Shown here one piece after another: positions 61,098 to 64,000 of a stretch of DNA of 64,000 bases (position 1 is its first letter; the number at the start of each line of letters is the position of its first letter). Under the pieces are notes generated by a model. That model was not told the DNA's origin, did not search any database, and saw only the letters and a list, made by a program, of their open reading frames with translations. Source of the stretch: Azolla caroliniana (taxonomy: Eukaryota > Plantae > Polypodiophyta); NCBI GenBank assembly GCA_043228905.1, contig JBHGNT010000013.1, positions 19,158,001 through 19,222,000 on the forward strand, in the 5' to 3' direction. Made by a program: the position numbers and the translations under genes.

Positions 61098-64000
61098 ATG
61101 TGTAAAGCATATAAGAAGAAGGAAGAAACTGAAGAGAGGAACGAACAAATCCTTTGCAGTTTGTGGAAACTTGGCTGTCGACTAAATGAAGAAGGTTTGA
61201 TCCAAAATCCTTCTGTTGAAGATTTTGTATGCATGTTGGAGAGATGTAAGCAGGTGAAGGATCGATTGAACACCTTACACTTACATGTGTGTATTAGCAA
61301 AAAAGGTCTGGAATCTCATGGATTACTGGGAAACTACCTTGTTTCAGTTTTTGTGGACCTTGGAAGCATGGCTGAGGCTCAACGTGCCTTTGAGAAGCTG
61401 GCGAATCAAAATGAGCATTCATCCAATGCCCTTATCATGGGTTATGTGAGATGTGGAATGCCATATGATGCTATCAACCTGCATCAAAAACTGAAGGAAT
61501 GCCGAGTGATACATGGTACAGCACATACTTTTGTGGCCCTTCTCAAAGCTTGTTCTCAGGTAAAGGACCTGGAAAGAGGTTCTGAAATTCATGCAATGAT
61601 AGAAAACGATGGATCTCTGGTGGGTAACCTTTTTGTTGGGAACACCTTAATTAACATGTATATTAAATGTGGCTCAGTTGACAAAGCTCAAGATGTGTTT
61701 GACAAACTCCCATTCAGGAATGTAGTCTCATGGACAACAGTTATTGCAGGATATGTAACCTGTGGCCATGCTGAGAAAGCACTCTATTGCTATGAAAATA
61801 TGCAGCTTGAGGGAGTGTCTCCGGATGCGATCACATTTATTTTTGGATTTCAAGCTTGCAATGGCATAGGATCCATTGATAAAGGCCAAGAAATCCATAG
61901 TCAACTTGTAAAAAGAGGGTTTTTTGAAACCAACGTTGCTGTTGGCAATTCCTTGGTTGATATGTATGCTAAATGTGGCTTGGTTGCTGAAGCTACACGA
62001 GTGTTTAAGAGTCTTCCAGTTAAAGATGTTGTCTCTTGGACATCACTAATAACAGGATATGCAGAACATGGTTATGGTGATGAAGCATGTAAGAGCTTTG
62101 CAGAGATGCAGCATAGAGGCATCCAACCAAATTCTTTCACTTTTGTGGGCATCTTGAAATCTTGTGTTAGCAGCACAAGAGCAATTCAGAAGGGATATGA
62201 GATGCATGCCGAGATTGAAAGAAAGGGGCTGCTGGATGAAAACATTATTCTCGGTAATGCTCTCATTGATATGTATTGCCAGTGTGGTTTTGTTGAAGAA
62301 GCAGAACATCTTTTCAGCAGTCTTAGAATTAAAGATATAGTTTCTTGGAATGTACTAATTGCAGGATATACCGAACACGAACAAGGTCAAGAAGCGATGG
62401 AATGTTTTGAAATGATGCACTTGGAGGGTGCCCAGCCTAACGCTACCACATTTGTTTCCATGTTGAAAGTTTGTGGAAGCATGCAAGCTGCAGATAAGGG
62501 CCAAGAAATACATGCTGTCATTGCCAGAGAGGGAATATTAGAAAGAGATCTAGTTGTCGGCACTGCTTTAGTGGATATGTATGTAAAATGTGGCGAAATT
62601 GTCAAAGCACAAGAAGTATTTGACAACCTTCCAGCTCAGAACATAGTAACATGGAATGCGTTAATATCAGGATATGTTGAGCATGGACATGGTGATGAAG
62701 CTCTCAAGCTTTATGAGAGAATGCAGTTTGAGGGTGTGTCTCCGGATGTTGCCACACTCGTCTCCTATTTGAAAGCCTGTGGCAGCATAAGGGCTGCAGA
62801 CACAGGCCAAGAGATGCATTCTTATATTAAAAGAAAGGGGTTTGAAGGAAACCTTCTTGTTGGCACAACCCTGGTTGATATGTATGCTAAATGTGGGCTG
62901 TTTGTTGAAGCAGAGGAAGCATTTGACAAGCTTCATGTGCGAAATGTAATTTCTTGGAATGCTCTGATAACAGCATTTGTTGAATACGGTTATGCAGAGG
63001 AATCATTAAATTTTTTTAAACAGATGCAAATTGAGGGCGTCTCTCCTAACTCTGGAACTTTTGTTTGCATCCTCAAAGCTTGTAGCAACGAAAAAGTTTT
63101 AGATGAGGCATCTGAAATACATTCTCAGTTAGCACGAAAAGGGTTACTGGAAAGCGATGTCAATGTTGGGAACACATTGGTTGATATGTATGGAAAATGT
63201 GGCATGCTTCACAGAGCTCAAGAAGTCTTTGACAAACTTCCAATTCGAAATGTGCTCTCATGGAATGCCCTCATTTCAGGCTTCGATGAACATGGACACA
63301 GTGACAAAGCTGTGAACTGTTATTACAAGATGCAGCTCGAAGGTGTAGGCCCTGACATTGTCACCTACATTTGCAGCTTGAAAGCTTGTGCCCGTATTGG
63401 AGCTATAGATCATGGTGAAGAAATACATGCAAAATTGGCTCGTTTTGAGGGTTTACAGGACAATGGGATTGTTATGAACACTTTAATTCATATGTATGCC
63501 AAGTGTGGGTTATTATTGAAAGCACAGGATGTATTTGACAAGGCCCTGATCCAGAATGTTGTCACCTGGAACGCTCTCATTAGTGGATATGCTGAATATG
63601 ACTATGGTGAAGAGGCACTGCAGTGTTTCGAGCATATGACATCCCAGGGGATGCTCCCAAATAATGCTACATATATTTTTAGCTTAAAAGCATGTGCTAA
63701 TGTAGGAGCAACAAATAAGGGGCAAGAAATACATGCTGATATTGAAAGAAAAGGGCGTTTCGGAAGAGACCTTGCTGTTGATTCTGCCTTGGTCAATATG
63801 TATGCAAAATCTGGGATGCTCACTGTTGCAGAACGAGTATTCAACAAACTTCCGGTTCGAGGAATTGTGTCTTGGAACTCCATGATTGCAGGGTATGCAA
63901 AATGTGGATCAAACGAGAGTGTTTTCCATACTTTTCACAATATGCTCAATGAATGTGTGAAGCCTGATCTAGTCACGTTTCTCAATGTTCTCCATGCATG
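61098..64000 (+). CDS. PLS-class pentatricopeptide repeat protein (3' partial)
   Basis: One frame is open from 61014/61098 to the window end. Repeating P-L-S triplets include VGNTLINMYIKCGSVDKAQDVFDKLPFRNVVSWTTVIAGY and PDAITFIFGFQAC..G.IDKGQEIH. The true start may lie in upstream exons, since an in-frame TAG at 61011 could be a splice acceptor. Confidence 0.92.
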   Translation, partial: MCKAYKKKEETEERNEQILCSLWKLGCRLNEEGLIQNPSVEDFVCMLERCKQVKDRLNTLHLHVCISKKGLESHGLLGNYLVSVFVDLGSMAEAQRAFEKLANQNEHSSNALIMGYVRCGMPYDAINLHQKLKECRVIHGTAHTFVALLKACSQVKDLERGSEIHAMIENDGSLVGNLFVGNTLINMYIKCGSVDKAQDVFDKLPFRNVVSWTTVIAGYVTCGHAEKALYCYENMQLEGVSPDAITFIFGFQACNGIGSIDKGQEIHSQLVKRGFFETNVAVGNSLVDMYAKCGLVAEATRVFKSLPVKDVVSWTSLITGYAEHGYGDEACKSFAEMQHRGIQPNSFTFVGILKSCVSSTRAIQKGYEMHAEIERKGLLDENIILGNALIDMYCQCGFVEEAEHLFSSLRIKDIVSWNVLIAGYTEHEQGQEAMECFEMMHLEGAQPNATTFVSMLKVCGSMQAADKGQEIHAVIAREGILERDLVVGTALVDMYVKCGEIVKAQEVFDNLPAQNIVTWNALISGYVEHGHGDEALKLYERMQFEGVSPDVATLVSYLKACGSIRAADTGQEMHSYIKRKGFEGNLLVGTTLVDMYAKCGLFVEAEEAFDKLHVRNVISWNALITAFVEYGYAEESLNFFKQMQIEGVSPNSGTFVCILKACSNEKVLDEASEIHSQLARKGLLESDVNVGNTLVDMYGKCGMLHRAQEVFDKLPIRNVLSWNALISGFDEHGHSDKAVNCYYKMQLEGVGPDIVTYICSLKACARIGAIDHGEEIHAKLARFEGLQDNGIVMNTLIHMYAKCGLLLKAQDVFDKALIQNVVTWNALISGYAEYDYGEEALQCFEHMTSQGMLPNNATYIFSLKACANVGATNKGQEIHADIERKGRFGRDLAVDSALVNMYAKSGMLTVAERVFNKLPVRGIVSWNSMIAGYAKCGSNESVFHTFHNMLNECVKPDLVTFLNVLHA

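Noticed and set aside
62046-63883. Minus-strand ORFs over the PPR gene
   Set aside because: They are antisense shadows of the repetitive PPR coding frame.

Overview
This is eukaryotic, intron-containing land-plant DNA. A fern or other seed-free plant is likely, inferred from the TE lineages and the long PLS-type PPR gene. Positions 1-37.9 kb are a deep nest of LTR retrotransposons. It holds several tRNA-Trp-primed Ty3/Gypsy elements and solo LTRs, a Tcn1-like chromovirus with an internal inversion, several degenerate Ty1/Copia elements, one young full-length Copia (25515-31101, TSD GTAGC), a ParB/Srx-like pseudogene fragment and a Gypsy remnant bounded by inverted LTRs. Positions 38-64 kb are AT-rich genic DNA with a divergent class II KNOX homeobox gene (-), a degenerate organellar-type tRNA-Asn, a 6-exon TPM-domain thylakoid lumen protein gene (-) and a PLS-class PPR gene (+) that runs off the window. 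Five observations stand out. (1) The Trp-primed Gypsy family inserts with 4-bp TSDs centred on CpG (NCGN) at essentially every scorable junction. (2) The chromovirus LTR carries an antisense tRNA-type Pol III A-box/B-box module with exact tRNA spacing. (3) The ParB-like ORF remnant is unexpected in a plant TE nest. (4) A 70-bp tandem array in KNOX intron 3 multiplies the 5' splice site just upstream of the homeobox. (5) Microhomology-flanked inversions recur inside the TEs. All calls were made by eye without database searches, so coordinates of degenerate elements are approximate.
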